From Deltaproteobacteria bacterium (GTDB lineage: Bacteria > Myxococcota_A > UBA796 > CAJQPC01), in NCBI GenBank assembly GCA_016706815.1, contig JADJIW010000040.1, positions 16,251-80,250 on the forward strand: DNA of 64,000 bases. Reading direction: 5' to 3'. A program made the position numbers and the translations under genes. Shown in pieces: positions 29,177-39,548 of the stretch. The stretch's first letter is position 1. Every line of letters starts with the position of its first letter. The notes beneath the pieces were generated by a model. That model was not told the DNA's origin and searched no databases. It worked only from the letters and a program-made list of their open reading frames with translations.

Positions 29177-30292
29177 TCAGTCGGCGTTCTTGTAGAACGT
29201 CGGGATGTCGTAGTCGTCATGCGCGATGTCGAAGCCGCTGGCCATCTCGCGGCCATGACCGCCGTGCATCCCGCGGCGACCGGCCACCTGAACGGCGACG
29301 CGGCGCTCGGCGGAGGGCACCACCTGCTGACGGGCCTCCTCGAAGCCCGTGGCGATGACGGTGACGCGGGCCTCGTCGCCCATGGTGTCGTCGATGACCC
29401 AACCCCAGATGAGGTTGACGTCCTCGTGGGCCTCTTCCTGAATCAGCGAGGAGGCCTCGTTGATCTCGTACATCGTGAGGTTCGAGTTGCCGGTGATGTT
29501 CATCAGGACGCTGGTGGCGCCGGAGATGGACACGTCGTCGAGCAGCGGCGAGGAGATCGCGCGCTGGGCGGCGTCCACCGTCTTGTGGTCGCCCGTGGCC
29601 GTGCCGACGCCCATGAGCGCCACGCCCTTGTTGGCCATCGTCGTGCGCACGTCGGCGAAGTCGACGTTGACGATGCCCTCGAAGTTGATGAGGTCGGACA
29701 CGCCCTTGATCGCCTGGAGCAGCACCTGGTCGGCGAGGTTGAACGCCTCCTTCATGGTGGTGCGGTCGCTGGCCATGGCGATGAGGCGCTGGTTGGGGAT
29801 GGTGATGAGGGTGTCCACGACGCCCTTCAGCGCCTCGATGCCCTCTTCAGCCTGACGGCGGCGCTTCTTGCCCTCGAACCAGAACGGGCGGGTGACCACA
29901 CCGACGGTGAGCGCGCCGTGCTCCCGGGCGAGCTGGGCCAGAACCGGCGCCGCGCCCGTGCCCGTGCCGCCGCCCATGCCGGCGGTCACGAAGACCATGT
30001 CCGCGCCGACGACGAGCTCCGCGAGGCGCTCCTTGTCCTCAAGGGCCGCCTCACGGCCGACCTCGGGGTTGGCGCCAGCGCCAAGGCCCTTGGTGAGCTG
30101 ACCGCCGAGCTGAAACCGGCGGGGGGCCAGCGAGCGACGAAGATCCTGGGCGTCGGTGTTCACGGCGATGAACTCGACCCCGGTGAGACCACCCGCGATC
30201 ATGGTGTTGACGGCGTTGTTGCCGCCGCCGCCAACGCCGATCACCTTGATCTTGGCGCCGACCAGTTCGTTCTCAATGATTTCGATGGGCAT
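29177..30292 (-). CDS. ftsZ: Cell division GTPase FtsZ
   Basis: The track ORF extends to 30532. The real start is MPIEIIENE at 30292. The tubulin signature is [10 protein letters not shown] and the C-terminal peptide is [10 protein letters not shown]. Confidence 0.95.
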   Translation of the reverse strand: MPIEIIENELVGAKIKVIGVGGGGNNAVNTMIAGGLTGVEFIAVNTDAQDLRRSLAPRRFQLGGQLTKGLGAGANPEVGREAALEDKERLAELVVGADMVFVTAGMGGGTGTGAAPVLAQLAREHGALTVGVVTRPFWFEGKKRRRQAEEGIEALKGVVDTLITIPNQRLIAMASDRTTMKEAFNLADQVLLQAIKGVSDLINFEGIVNVDFADVRTTMANKGVALMGVGTATGDHKTVDAAQRAISSPLLDDVSISGATSVLMNITGNSNLTMYEINEASSLIQEEAHEDVNLIWGWVIDDTMGDEARVTVIATGFEEARQQVVPSAERRVAVQVAGRRGMHGGHGREMASGFDIAHDDYDIPTFYKNAD

Positions 30293-30458
30293 GGAGTTCT
30301 CCCGAGGTGCCCCTGCGCGTTGACGCGACAGGAGGACAGGCGAGGCTTGGAGGGATTGTCGTTCGCGGGGGACGAAGGAGACGAGGAGGAGGAGTGCAGG
30401 AGGGGAGCAGCGAGGTGCTTGCAGAGGTCGTCGCGTCCGAGGATGAGCCGGGGATGGC

Positions 30459-31244
30459 TCAGGACGAGAGCGGGGTCGCCACAGCGAGGCCGTCGAGGTC
30501 GAGGTCGATGTGGTGAGGGACGGAGAGGTCAAGCCCGTTGCGAGCCATGACCCCGAGCCGCAGAAGCTGCTGCGCCGGGTCTCGGAAACCGAACCGGAGC
30601 AAGCCGCCGTTGCGGAGGAGGAGGGTGAAGCCTAAGGCCTCGTCAAAATGAAGCTCGGAGAGGTCTTCGGGCTGGATGACGCCGCTCTCCCCGACGAGGT
30701 CGAGGATGTGCAGCGCGTCGAGCACGATGCGCCGAGCCACCGGCCCATATTGTTCTACGAGGCGATCGTCCAGGCCCGTGAGCACCGGCCGATCGAGGCC
30801 GTCGCCGCGGGCCCGCAAGAACACCTCACCCGAGGGGTTCACGCGGTAAAGATGCCCGGCGTGGGAGAGCAGCAGCACGTCCTCGTGCTCCTGCACATGC
30901 ACCCGAAGGCCGCCGGGGTACACCCGCTCGACCTCCACCTCGGCCACCCAGGGGTGACGCATCACCTGGCGGATGACGGTGTTGAGGTCGATGAGCAGGA
31001 GCGCGTCGCCCTCGTGAACATCGGCGAGGTGGCGCAGGGCGACGACGCTGGCGTGGTGGTTGCCCACGACCTCCACCGTCGCCACGCGGGCGAAGCGGTG
31101 GTAGTTGCAGACCCCATAAACACCGAGGCCGCTCACCCCCGCCGTCACCACCGCCACGCCAAGGAGCCGGAGGACGCGGCCCACGATGGGGCGCTCCAGC
31201 AGGTCGGCGAGGCGGTCACGGAGGCGGGTCAGCATGGCTCTCAA
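30459..31244 (-). CDS. ftsQ: Cell division protein FtsQ (POTRA domain)
   Basis: Track ORF with an N-terminal TM helix and a POTRA-like region. It sits between ddl and ftsZ. Confidence 0.7.
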   Translation of the reverse strand: MRAMLTRLRDRLADLLERPIVGRVLRLLGVAVVTAGVSGLGVYGVCNYHRFARVATVEVVGNHHASVVALRHLADVHEGDALLLIDLNTVIRQVMRHPWVAEVEVERVYPGGLRVHVQEHEDVLLLSHAGHLYRVNPSGEVFLRARGDGLDRPVLTGLDDRLVEQYGPVARRIVLDALHILDLVGESGVIQPEDLSELHFDEALGFTLLLRNGGLLRFGFRDPAQQLLRLGVMARNGLDLSVPHHIDLDLDGLAVATPLSS

Positions 31245-31404
31245 CAGGCAGGGGCAGCGGGGAGGGAATCAGCGTTCGCGGTGCGGCGGCGGCTTCTGCG
31301 GGGACTGAGCTTCTTTTACCAGAGGCCGAGAAGTCTTGACAAGTAAATAGTTTGATTTTCCCTGCTCGGGGTCGTTTTTACCCCCAAACAAGGATCCTTG
31401 AGGC

Positions 31405-32358
31405 TCAAGCGCGCTCGTCTCGGCGCTCCAAGTGCAGGCGCGCGCCGAGGAGGATCGTCTCGACGAGCTCCTCAAAGGACATCCCCAGGGCCCCGGCCGC
31501 CATTGGGCTCAGGCTGGTCGCGGTCATGCCGGGGATGGTGTTGATCTCCAAGAAGTAGGGCTGGCCGGAGGCGTCGACGATGAAGTCGGCGCGGGCGACG
31601 CCGCCCAAGCCCAGGCGCGTGTAGGCCTCCTCCGCGGCGCGCTGGGCGCGCTCGGCGACGGCGGGGTCGATCGGCGCGGGCACGATGTACTTCGTGAGGC
31701 CTTTGGTGTACTTCGCGGCGAAGTCGAAGAAGCCCGACTCGGGCACGATGGCGACCACGGGCAAGGCCCGGCCGTTGAGCACGGCCACGGTGATCTCCGC
31801 GCCGGAGACGAACTGCTCTAGGAGCACCTCCTCGCCGAGCTGGCCCAGGTCCAAGAGCGCCTTCTCAAGCTCGTGCTCCTCATGCACCATGACGATGCCC
31901 AAGGTTGAGCCGCCCTCGGGGAACTTGGCCACGACGGGCAAGGTGAGGTCCTCAGGGATGGCCTCCCCCCGGCGCCAGACCGTGTCCGCGGGCATCACCA
32001 CGCCCGAGCCCACCAGGGCCCGTTTGGTGGCGATCTTGTCCATCGCCATCGCCGAGCCCCGCACGCCGGAGCCGGTGTAGGGGATACGCATGATCTCCAG
32101 GAGGCCCTGCACGCAGCCGTCCTCGCCGAACTGGCCATGCAGCGCGATCCAGGCCACCTGGGCGCCGAGCTCTCTGAGGCGCTCGGGCAGATCCGGGCCC
32201 ACATCGACGGCGTGGGCGTCCCAGCCGCGGCTCTGCAGCGCGCCGAGCACGGCTTTGCCCGACTTTAAGGAGATCTCCCGCTCGCTGGACATGCCGCCCA
32301 GAAGCACCGCCACCCGCGCGTCGCGGGGAATCACCGTCTTTGTCGTGTCAGCCATCAC
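31405..32358 (-). CDS. ddl: D-alanine--D-alanine ligase
   Basis: Track ORF with an ATP-grasp fold. Confidence 0.9.
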   Translation of the reverse strand: MMADTTKTVIPRDARVAVLLGGMSSEREISLKSGKAVLGALQSRGWDAHAVDVGPDLPERLRELGAQVAWIALHGQFGEDGCVQGLLEIMRIPYTGSGVRGSAMAMDKIATKRALVGSGVVMPADTVWRRGEAIPEDLTLPVVAKFPEGGSTLGIVMVHEEHELEKALLDLGQLGEEVLLEQFVSGAEITVAVLNGRALPVVAIVPESGFFDFAAKYTKGLTKYIVPAPIDPAVAERAQRAAEEAYTRLGLGGVARADFIVDASGQPYFLEINTIPGMTATSLSPMAAGALGMSFEELVETILLGARLHLERRDERA

Positions 32359-33217
32359 TCCTCCGGCTACGCCCTAAGGGCTTGAGCTCAGGGTTCAGGT
32401 CTACGCCGAGGTGGCTCTTGGCGCGGTCTTTGACCATTCCGATGAGCACCTTGAGGTCGTTCTCTTTGGCGCCGCCGAGGTTGATGAGGGTGTTTGGCTC
32501 ATAGCCGCCGAGCCGCGCGCTGCGTAAGCGCACGCCGCGTAGGCCAAGCTCACTCATCATCTCCGCCGCGTTGTGGTTCTTTTTGGGGTCCAAGAACAGG
32601 CGCCCCGGCAGGCCCGGCCCACGTTTGGGAGCGCGGCCGCCCTTGAGCGCCTGAGCGGGGTCAAGCTCAAGGCGGGCCCGCACGATGACGTGGTCGTCCT
32701 TGAGCTTGCCGGGCACCACCTCGGTGAGCCGACCGCCGCGCAGCACCCGCACACCCACCAAGGTCGGCGGCGGCTCGTCGCGGCGGAGCAGCTCGGCGAT
32801 GGTGCCTGAGACGTGGTTGTAGAGCTCTAAGCCGATGAGGCCCTCACGCTTGGCGTAGCTGGCCAAGGCCGCCACGGGCGTCTGGGCGCCCACATCGAGG
32901 CGTAGGCCCTCGCGGGAGATGCCCTCTGCGCAGGCGCCGAGTCGCAGCCAGACGCCGTCCGCGCCGCCGTCGGCGATCCAGAGGTGCTGGCCGTCTACGG
33001 GCACCACACGCTCATTCGCCTCGCGGATGAGGCCCACCGCCTCCAACAGCGCCTCCTCGGTCTCGACCACCACCCACAACGCCGCCGGGCCGCCCACACG
33101 CCAGGTGCAGTGGCGGCTCATCGGCTCGTCCTCACGCACCATCAGCCCCGGCACGCTGCGCAGGCGCTCGGCGAGGGCGGCCGTGGGCAGGGCCGATGGA
33201 GGCGCGGACTCGCTCAA
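32348..33217 (-). CDS. murB: UDP-N-acetylenolpyruvoylglucosamine reductase MurB
   Basis: Track ORF with FAD-binding and MurB C-terminal motifs. Confidence 0.85.
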   Translation of the reverse strand: MSESAPPSALPTAALAERLRSVPGLMVREDEPMSRHCTWRVGGPAALWVVVETEEALLEAVGLIREANERVVPVDGQHLWIADGGADGVWLRLGACAEGISREGLRLDVGAQTPVAALASYAKREGLIGLELYNHVSGTIAELLRRDEPPPTLVGVRVLRGGRLTEVVPGKLKDDHVIVRARLELDPAQALKGGRAPKRGPGLPGRLFLDPKKNHNAAEMMSELGLRGVRLRSARLGGYEPNTLINLGGAKENDLKVLIGMVKDRAKSHLGVDLNPELKPLGRSRRSDG

Positions 33218-34602
33218 CGAGGCTCCCCGCCGAGGCGCTGCACCAACGGCGCGCAGATCGAGTTCACGTTGCCCGCGCCCAAGGTGATCACCAGATCGCC
33301 GGGCTGGGCCATGTCTGCGAGGCGGGTGAGGGCCTCGTCCAGATCGTCCACCCGATCGACGCCGCGGTGGCCGTAGCGGCGTAGGCCTTCAGCGAGGCTC
33401 TGGTGGTCGATCCCGTCGATGGGCGCCTCACCCGCCGCGGCGATGGGGCAGACGAGCACCCGATCGGCGCGGTTAAAGGCCCGGCAGAAGTCGGCGTGAA
33501 GGTCGCGAACCCGGGTGTAGCGGTGCGGCTGAAAGACCGCGATGATCCTGCGCTTCTCAAAGCCCGCGCGGGCGGCGGCGAGGGTGGCGCGGATCTCCTC
33601 GGGGTGATGGCCGTAGTCATCCACGACCATGACGCCGCCGGCCTCCCCCACGACAGTGAACCGGCGCTGCACCCCGGTGAAGCCGTCTAAGCCCGCGGCG
33701 ACCTGCTCAAAGGGGATGTCGAGGCCCAAGGCCGTGGCCGCCGCCGCCAAGGCGTTCTGCACGTTGTGCTGGCCGGGCATCATCAGGCGCAGGCGACCCA
33801 GGCTCTCGGGGCCCCGATGTACGGCGAAGCTCGTCTCTAAGCCATTGCAGCGGATGTCGTCCCCGCGCAGATCCGCCTGCCGGGTGAGGCCGTAGGTGAC
33901 CACGCGGCGGCGCAGCTCGGGCAGGCTCTCTTGCACGACGGGGTGGTCCAAGCAGGCCACGGTGAAGCCGAAGAAGGGCACCTTGTTGGCGAAGTCTACA
34001 AACGCCCGGCGTAAGGTGGCGAAGTCGCCGTAGTGGTCGAGGTGCTCGGGGTCGATGTTGGTGATGACGGCCACGGTAGGCGCCAACAACAAGAAGCTGC
34101 CGTCGGACTCATCGGCTTCAGCGACGAGCAGCTCCCCCTGGCCGAGCTTGGCGTTTGAGCCCAAGGCGTCGAGCTTTCCGCCGATCACCACCGTGGGGTC
34201 GAGGCCCGCGGCGCCGAGGATCTGGGCGATCATCGAGGTCGTCGTCGTCTTGCCGTGGGTGCCGGCGACGGCGACGCCGTACTTCATACGCATCAGCTCG
34301 GCGAGGAGCTCGGCCCGGGGGATGACGGGGATGGCCTGGGCGCGCCCGGCGGAGAGCTCCGGGTTGTGGTCGGGCACCGCCGTGGAGCGCACGATGACGT
34401 CCGCGCCGACGATGTTCTCCGCGCGATGGCCGATGAACACCTGGGCGCCCAAGCTCCGCAGCCGGGCCACGGTGCCGCTCTCTTTCATGTCCGAGCCGGA
34501 CACCACAAAGCCCAAGGTGAGCAGCACTTCAGCGAGCCCGTTCATGCCGGATCCGCCGATGCCCACAAAATGAACCTGACGCACCTTTCCGCGGAACATC
34601 AT
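33214..34602 (-). CDS. murC: UDP-N-acetylmuramate--L-alanine ligase MurC
   Basis: Track ORF with GIGGSGM and GTHGKTTTT P-loops. Confidence 0.9.
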   Translation of the reverse strand: MMFRGKVRQVHFVGIGGSGMNGLAEVLLTLGFVVSGSDMKESGTVARLRSLGAQVFIGHRAENIVGADVIVRSTAVPDHNPELSAGRAQAIPVIPRAELLAELMRMKYGVAVAGTHGKTTTTSMIAQILGAAGLDPTVVIGGKLDALGSNAKLGQGELLVAEADESDGSFLLLAPTVAVITNIDPEHLDHYGDFATLRRAFVDFANKVPFFGFTVACLDHPVVQESLPELRRRVVTYGLTRQADLRGDDIRCNGLETSFAVHRGPESLGRLRLMMPGQHNVQNALAAAATALGLDIPFEQVAAGLDGFTGVQRRFTVVGEAGGVMVVDDYGHHPEEIRATLAAARAGFEKRRIIAVFQPHRYTRVRDLHADFCRAFNRADRVLVCPIAAAGEAPIDGIDHQSLAEGLRRYGHRGVDRVDDLDEALTRLADMAQPGDLVITLGAGNVNSICAPLVQRLGGEPR

Positions 34603-35753
34603 CGGGCCAGAACCCCCTCCGCCGTGGCGCTCGGGCGGTAGATGGTGGGCGCCCGGGCTCCGGCGGCGCTGTTCGCCGAGACGTTGAGCAAGAGCCCCAC
34701 GGCGAAGAGCTGGGCGACGATGGCGGAGGCGCCATAGGACATAAACGGCAGCACGAGGCCCTTGGGCGGCACGATGCCCATGACGACGCCGAGGTTGAAG
34801 AAGGCCTGCAGGCCGATGGCCGCGGTCAATGACGTCGCGAGCAGGGCCCCGAAGAGGTCTTCAGCCTGCCGGGCGACGTGCATGCCGCGCCAGATGAGCA
34901 GGCCGTAGAGCGTCAACAGCGCGAGCACGCCGATGAGGCCCAGCTCTTCACCCAGCACCGAGCCGATGAAGTCGGTCCAGGGCTCGGGCAAGAACAGGTG
35001 TTTGGCTTGGCTCTCGCCGAGGCCACGCCCGGTGAGCCCGCCGGAGTGAAACGCGATCATCGACTGGATGACCTGGTAGCCGGAGCCCGCCGCGTCCGCC
35101 CAAGGGTCCATGAACGAGCGTAAGCGCTTGAGCCGATAGGGCTCGGCCACGGCCACCAAGGCGCCGACGGTGACCCCGAGGCCAAAGAGCGCGTAGATAA
35201 ACCGCGTGCGCAGCCCAGCGACGACCAGGGTGAGGAAGGCCATGCCGCCGATGATCACCGTGGTGCCGAAGTCGGGCTCCATGACGATGAGCAGCATCAA
35301 CGGCACGGGGATGGCCAAGGCCGGCAAGAGCACGTTCTTCACGTCGTCCAGGCGGCCGCCCTTCTCGTCGATGAAGTGCGCCATACACAAGACGCAGACC
35401 AGCTTCGCCAGCTCTGACGGCTGCAGGTTCACGCTGCCCATGCCGATCCAGCGCGACGCGCCGTTGACCCGGTGGCTGAGCCCCGGCACAAACACCAAGA
35501 TGAGCCCGATGATGATCGCCGCGTAGGCCGCCCAGGCGTAGCGCCGCAGCCACTCATACGGCGTGAACGCGATGCCGACGCCGCCGATGATGCCGACGAT
35601 GATCGCCGCGAGCTGGCGTTTGACGTAGTACCAGGGGTCGTCCAGGCGGTCGGCGGCCACGGGCCCCGAGGCCGACTGCACCATCACCAGCCCCAGAATG
35701 AGCAGCACGACGACGAGGCCCATGAGGGGCAGATCAAAACGGCGGGCCTTCAT
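34599..35753 (-). CDS. ftsW: Peptidoglycan glycosyltransferase FtsW (SEDS family)
   Basis: Track ORF, 10-TM SEDS topology. Confidence 0.9.
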   Translation of the reverse strand: MKARRFDLPLMGLVVVLLILGLVMVQSASGPVAADRLDDPWYYVKRQLAAIIVGIIGGVGIAFTPYEWLRRYAWAAYAAIIIGLILVFVPGLSHRVNGASRWIGMGSVNLQPSELAKLVCVLCMAHFIDEKGGRLDDVKNVLLPALAIPVPLMLLIVMEPDFGTTVIIGGMAFLTLVVAGLRTRFIYALFGLGVTVGALVAVAEPYRLKRLRSFMDPWADAAGSGYQVIQSMIAFHSGGLTGRGLGESQAKHLFLPEPWTDFIGSVLGEELGLIGVLALLTLYGLLIWRGMHVARQAEDLFGALLATSLTAAIGLQAFFNLGVVMGIVPPKGLVLPFMSYGASAIVAQLFAVGLLLNVSANSAAGARAPTIYRPSATAEGVLAR

Positions 35754-37041
35754 GTCGTGGCCTCCTGGGCGAGCCGCGCGAAGACGGCCCCACGGTGCTC
35801 GAAGTTGTTGAACTCATCAAACGAGGCGCAGGCCGGGGTGAGCAGCACCGCCTGACCGGGCCGCGCGAGGCGACGGGCCAAGGCCACGGCGTCGGCGAGG
35901 CCAGAGACGACGTGGTGGGGATGCTCCCCCAACCCTTGGGAGATCTCCTGGGCGCTGCCGCCGCAGACGATGACCTCCACCGCCGCGCGTGAGAGCGCCG
36001 GGCGGAGCAGGCCGTAGTCCGCGCCCTCTTTGCCTTGGCCGCCGAGGATCACCACCGCCGGGCGATCGACGCTCTCTAAGCCCACCAAGGCGGCGTCGAC
36101 GTTCGTGGCTTTGGAGTCGTTGATCCACAACACCCCGCCCTGCTCGGCCACGGGCTGCATGCGGTGGGGCAAGGCCGTGAGCGCCGAGAGGTCCAGCGCC
36201 GCCAAAGAGGCGCCCAAGGCCCGGGCCAAAGCGGCGGCCACGGCGGCGTTCCAGCGGTTGATCCGGCCCATGACCTTGAGGCCCGAGAGGTCTAGGCGCT
36301 CCCCCTCGATCATGGCGAAGGATCCATCCTCGCCGAGCAGCACACCGGGCTCAGCATCCAGCCAGCGCCGCTGCCCCGGTTTGCCCTCACAGGCGGCCTT
36401 CAGCAGAATGTCTCCATTGGGGACATAGGCCAGCCCGCGGGCGTCATGTGGTCAAAGAGCTTGGCTTTGGCCGCGGCGTACCCCTCCATCGTCCCGTGCC
36501 GGGCGAGGTGGTCGGGGGTGAGGTTGAGGATCACCCCGGCGTCGGGCGCGAAGTCTCCGGCGAGCTCAAGCTGGTAGGAGGAGACCTCGACGACGAGGCA
36601 GTCAAAGTCCCCGCCCACGGCCTCACACAAGGGCGTGCCCAGGTTTCCGCCGACGAAGGGCCGCCGCCCGACCCCACGCAGGAGCTGCCCGGTGAAGTGG
36701 GTGACGGTGGACTTGCCGTTGGTGCCGGTGATCGCCGCCGTGGGCAGGCGCGGCAAGAAGCGCCAGGCGAAGCCCAGCTCCCCCAGCACCTCCACCCCCG
36801 CGGCCAACGCCCGGCGAACCGGCGGCGCCGCGGCGGGCACCCCGGGGGAGACGACGACGAGGTCCACGTCGGTGAGATCGGCGTCGTCATGGCGGCCAAA
36901 GACGTTGTTTGCGCCCTCGACGCCCTCGGAGTCCGCCTTGAGGTCGGTGAGCGTCACCCGCTCTGCGCCCAAGCGCAACGCCAGACGCGCGGCGGCCCGG
37001 CCCGAGAGCCCAGCCCCGAGCACGGTGACCCGACGTGGCAT
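35750..37041 (-). CDS. murD: UDP-N-acetylmuramoylalanine--D-glutamate ligase MurD, split by an apparent 1-nt frameshift near 36425-36445
   Basis: Two track ORFs (36400..37041 N-terminal, 35750..36343 C-terminal). My translation shows ..KAKLFDHMTPAG, then in another frame LAYVPNGDILLKAACEGKPGQRRWLDAEPGVLLGEDGSFAMIEG, both open through a cccgcggg run. Confidence 0.8.
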
Positions 37042-37062
37042 GACGTTTGGCGGCGCCCATGC

Positions 37063-38172
37063 TCACCTCAGCTTCAAGGTGGTGAGGGCCACGAGCGCGA
37101 GCAGGATCGAGATGATCCAGAACCGCACGATGATCTTCGGCTCCGACCAACCACGCTTCTCGTAGTGGTGGTGAATCGGCGCCATGGCGAACACGCGCTT
37201 GCCCGTGGTCTTGAAGCTCACGACCTGCACGATGACCGAGACCGTCTCCAAGACGAAGATCCCGCCGACCAGGGCCAGGAGCACCTCATGTTTGGTGACC
37301 ACGGCCAAGGCCGCGAGCAGCCCGCCCAAGGCCAACGAGCCCACGTCGCCCATAAAGATCTGCGCGGGGTAGGCGTTGTACCAGAGGAAGCCCAGGCCCG
37401 CGCCGACCACCGCCATACACAAGACGGTCAGCTCTGAGGCCCCGGCGACGTACTCCACGGCGAGGTAGGTCGAGAAGTTCGTGTTCCCGGCGACATACGC
37501 CAAGATGCCGTAGGTGCCCGCCGAGGTCATCACCGGGCCGATGGCCAGGCCGTCGAGGCCATCGGTGAGGTTCACGGCGTTGGACGCGCCGACGAGGATG
37601 AACAGCACCAAGGCGAGGTAGAGCCAGCCCAGGCTGGGCGGGGCGCCCTCCCAGAGGTTCCCGAAGTCCACGCCCGCCTTAAAGAACGGGAGCTGAAACA
37701 CGGCGTTCATGCGCCCGGTCTGGTAGGCCCAGGCGAACGGCAGCACGCCGAAGACGAGCTGCCCGACGATCTTCCACCGCCCGGCGAGGCCGTCGGCGGA
37801 CTTCTCCATCACCTTCTTCCAGTCGTCTACGAAGCCGATGAGCCCATAGCCGAGGAGCACGATGAGGCAGACCCAGACCGACCACTGATCGAGGCGACAC
37901 CACAGAAGCGCCGAGAGCGTGATGCCCGCGAGCATCGGCACCCCGCCCATCGTCGGCGTGCCCAGCTTGTTCTCGATGTGCTCCTGCGGCCCGTCGGTGC
38001 GGATGATCTGCTCCATCTTCCGGGTGTTCATCCAGTTGATGAAGCTCGGGAAGACCAAGTAGCAGAACCCGAGCGCGGTCATGAGCGCCCAGGCCGTCCG
38101 GAACGTGGTGTACCGGAAGACGTTGAAGAAGATGTGGTCGTCCGCCAAGGGGACGAAGAGGTGGTAGAACAT
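37063..38172 (-). CDS. mraY: Phospho-N-acetylmuramoyl-pentapeptide transferase MraY
   Basis: Track ORF 37063..38211. The likely start is MFYHLF at 38172, overlapping the murF stop. Confidence 0.9.
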   Translation of the reverse strand: MFYHLFVPLADDHIFFNVFRYTTFRTAWALMTALGFCYLVFPSFINWMNTRKMEQIIRTDGPQEHIENKLGTPTMGGVPMLAGITLSALLWCRLDQWSVWVCLIVLLGYGLIGFVDDWKKVMEKSADGLAGRWKIVGQLVFGVLPFAWAYQTGRMNAVFQLPFFKAGVDFGNLWEGAPPSLGWLYLALVLFILVGASNAVNLTDGLDGLAIGPVMTSAGTYGILAYVAGNTNFSTYLAVEYVAGASELTVLCMAVVGAGLGFLWYNAYPAQIFMGDVGSLALGGLLAALAVVTKHEVLLALVGGIFVLETVSVIVQVVSFKTTGKRVFAMAPIHHHYEKRGWSEPKIIVRFWIISILLALVALTTLKLR

Positions 38173-39548
38173 CAGCCCTCCGGCTCCGGCGGAGCCTCCA
38201 GGGGGAGCCAAACGAGAGAACGCTCCATCTTGGAGCCGCGTGAGCCCTTGATGAGCACCACGTCATCGGGGCGCAGCACCCCTTGGACACGCTCGGCGAG
38301 GGCGGCCGAGTCGGGGGCGACGAGCAGGGACTTGGCCGACTTGGCAGTTTCTGCCACCGCCGAGAAGCGGGCTCCGGCGAGGCCGAGCACCTCGATCCCC
38401 AGCGACGCCGCGTAAGCCGCCAGCTCGCGGTGAGCGCCGTCCTCGACCTCACCCAGCTCCAGCATGTCGCCCAACAAGGCCACCCGGCGGCGCCCCCGCA
38501 CGGCGGCGAGGCTGTCCAGCGAGGCCCGCATCGAGAGCGGGTTCGCGTTGTAAGCGTCGTTGAGCACGGTGATGCCACCTTGGCGGCGCTCCACGCGCAT
38601 CCGCATGCCCACGGGGGCGTAGCGGGCGATGCTCTCGGCGTATGACCGGCTGGGCACACCCAAAGCCCAGGCCACGGCGACGGCCCCGGCGGCGTTCCGC
38701 GCGAGGTGAACGCCCGGCGCGGGCAGAGTCGCCGTGAGCAGCTCACCATCCGGCAGGCGCAAGACCAGCTCCGTCGTGAGGTGCTCGGGGTCGAGCTCCG
38801 CGCGCAAGAGCCGCACGTCCGCCCGCTCCCCCATGCCAAACCGTAGGATCCCGGCGCCTTTTGGCAGAGGCATCTGGCGAATGTGCTCGTCGTCCACGTT
38901 GACGATCACCCAGTCCCCTGCCCTCGCGCCGTCAAAGATCTCTTGTTTGCAGCGGGCGACGCCCTGAACGGAGCCGATGGTCTCGGTGTGCGCCGCGCCG
39001 ACGCTGGTGATGAGCCGCACGTTGGGCTGGCCGATGTCGCGCAAGAGGCGAATCTCGCCGTAGTCGCTCATGCCCATCTCCAGCACGACGGCGTCGGGCT
39101 CTTCGGGGCAAGCGAGCAGGGTGAGGGGCACGCCGATGTGGTTGTTGAGGTTGCCCTCGTTCTGGTGAACCCGGCCCAGGGGCGCGAGCAGCTCCGCGAT
39201 GAGCGCCCGCGTCGTCGTCTTGCCCGCGCTGCCGGTGACGCCGACCACCGGGCAGTCGAGCTTCCACCGGGCCCAGCGCGCGCAGTTCTGCAGGGCCTCT
39301 AAGGTGCGCGGCGTCTTCACGAAGCCCCGATCCCAGCCCTCAGGCACCTGCTCGGCGATCACCCCAGCGCAGCCAAGCTCCCGGGCCTTGGGCAAAAACT
39401 CGTGGCCGTCGAAGCGGTCGCCGCGCAGGGCCAGAAACCAGTCGCCCGGCGTGAGCGCGCGGCTGTCGGTGCGGATCGGCCCGGCGGGGCCGTCGTGAAT
39501 CAAGAGCCCACCCGTGGCCCGGGCGATCTCGGCTGGCGTGAGGATCAT
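38172..39548 (-). CDS. murF: UDP-MurNAc-pentapeptide synthetase MurF
   Basis: Track ORF with a [12 protein letters not shown]-loop. Confidence 0.9.
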   Translation of the reverse strand: MILTPAEIARATGGLLIHDGPAGPIRTDSRALTPGDWFLALRGDRFDGHEFLPKARELGCAGVIAEQVPEGWDRGFVKTPRTLEALQNCARWARWKLDCPVVGVTGSAGKTTTRALIAELLAPLGRVHQNEGNLNNHIGVPLTLLACPEEPDAVVLEMGMSDYGEIRLLRDIGQPNVRLITSVGAAHTETIGSVQGVARCKQEIFDGARAGDWVIVNVDDEHIRQMPLPKGAGILRFGMGERADVRLLRAELDPEHLTTELVLRLPDGELLTATLPAPGVHLARNAAGAVAVAWALGVPSRSYAESIARYAPVGMRMRVERRQGGITVLNDAYNANPLSMRASLDSLAAVRGRRRVALLGDMLELGEVEDGAHRELAAYAASLGIEVLGLAGARFSAVAETAKSAKSLLVAPDSAALAERVQGVLRPDDVVLIKGSRGSKMERSLVWLPLEAPPEPEG

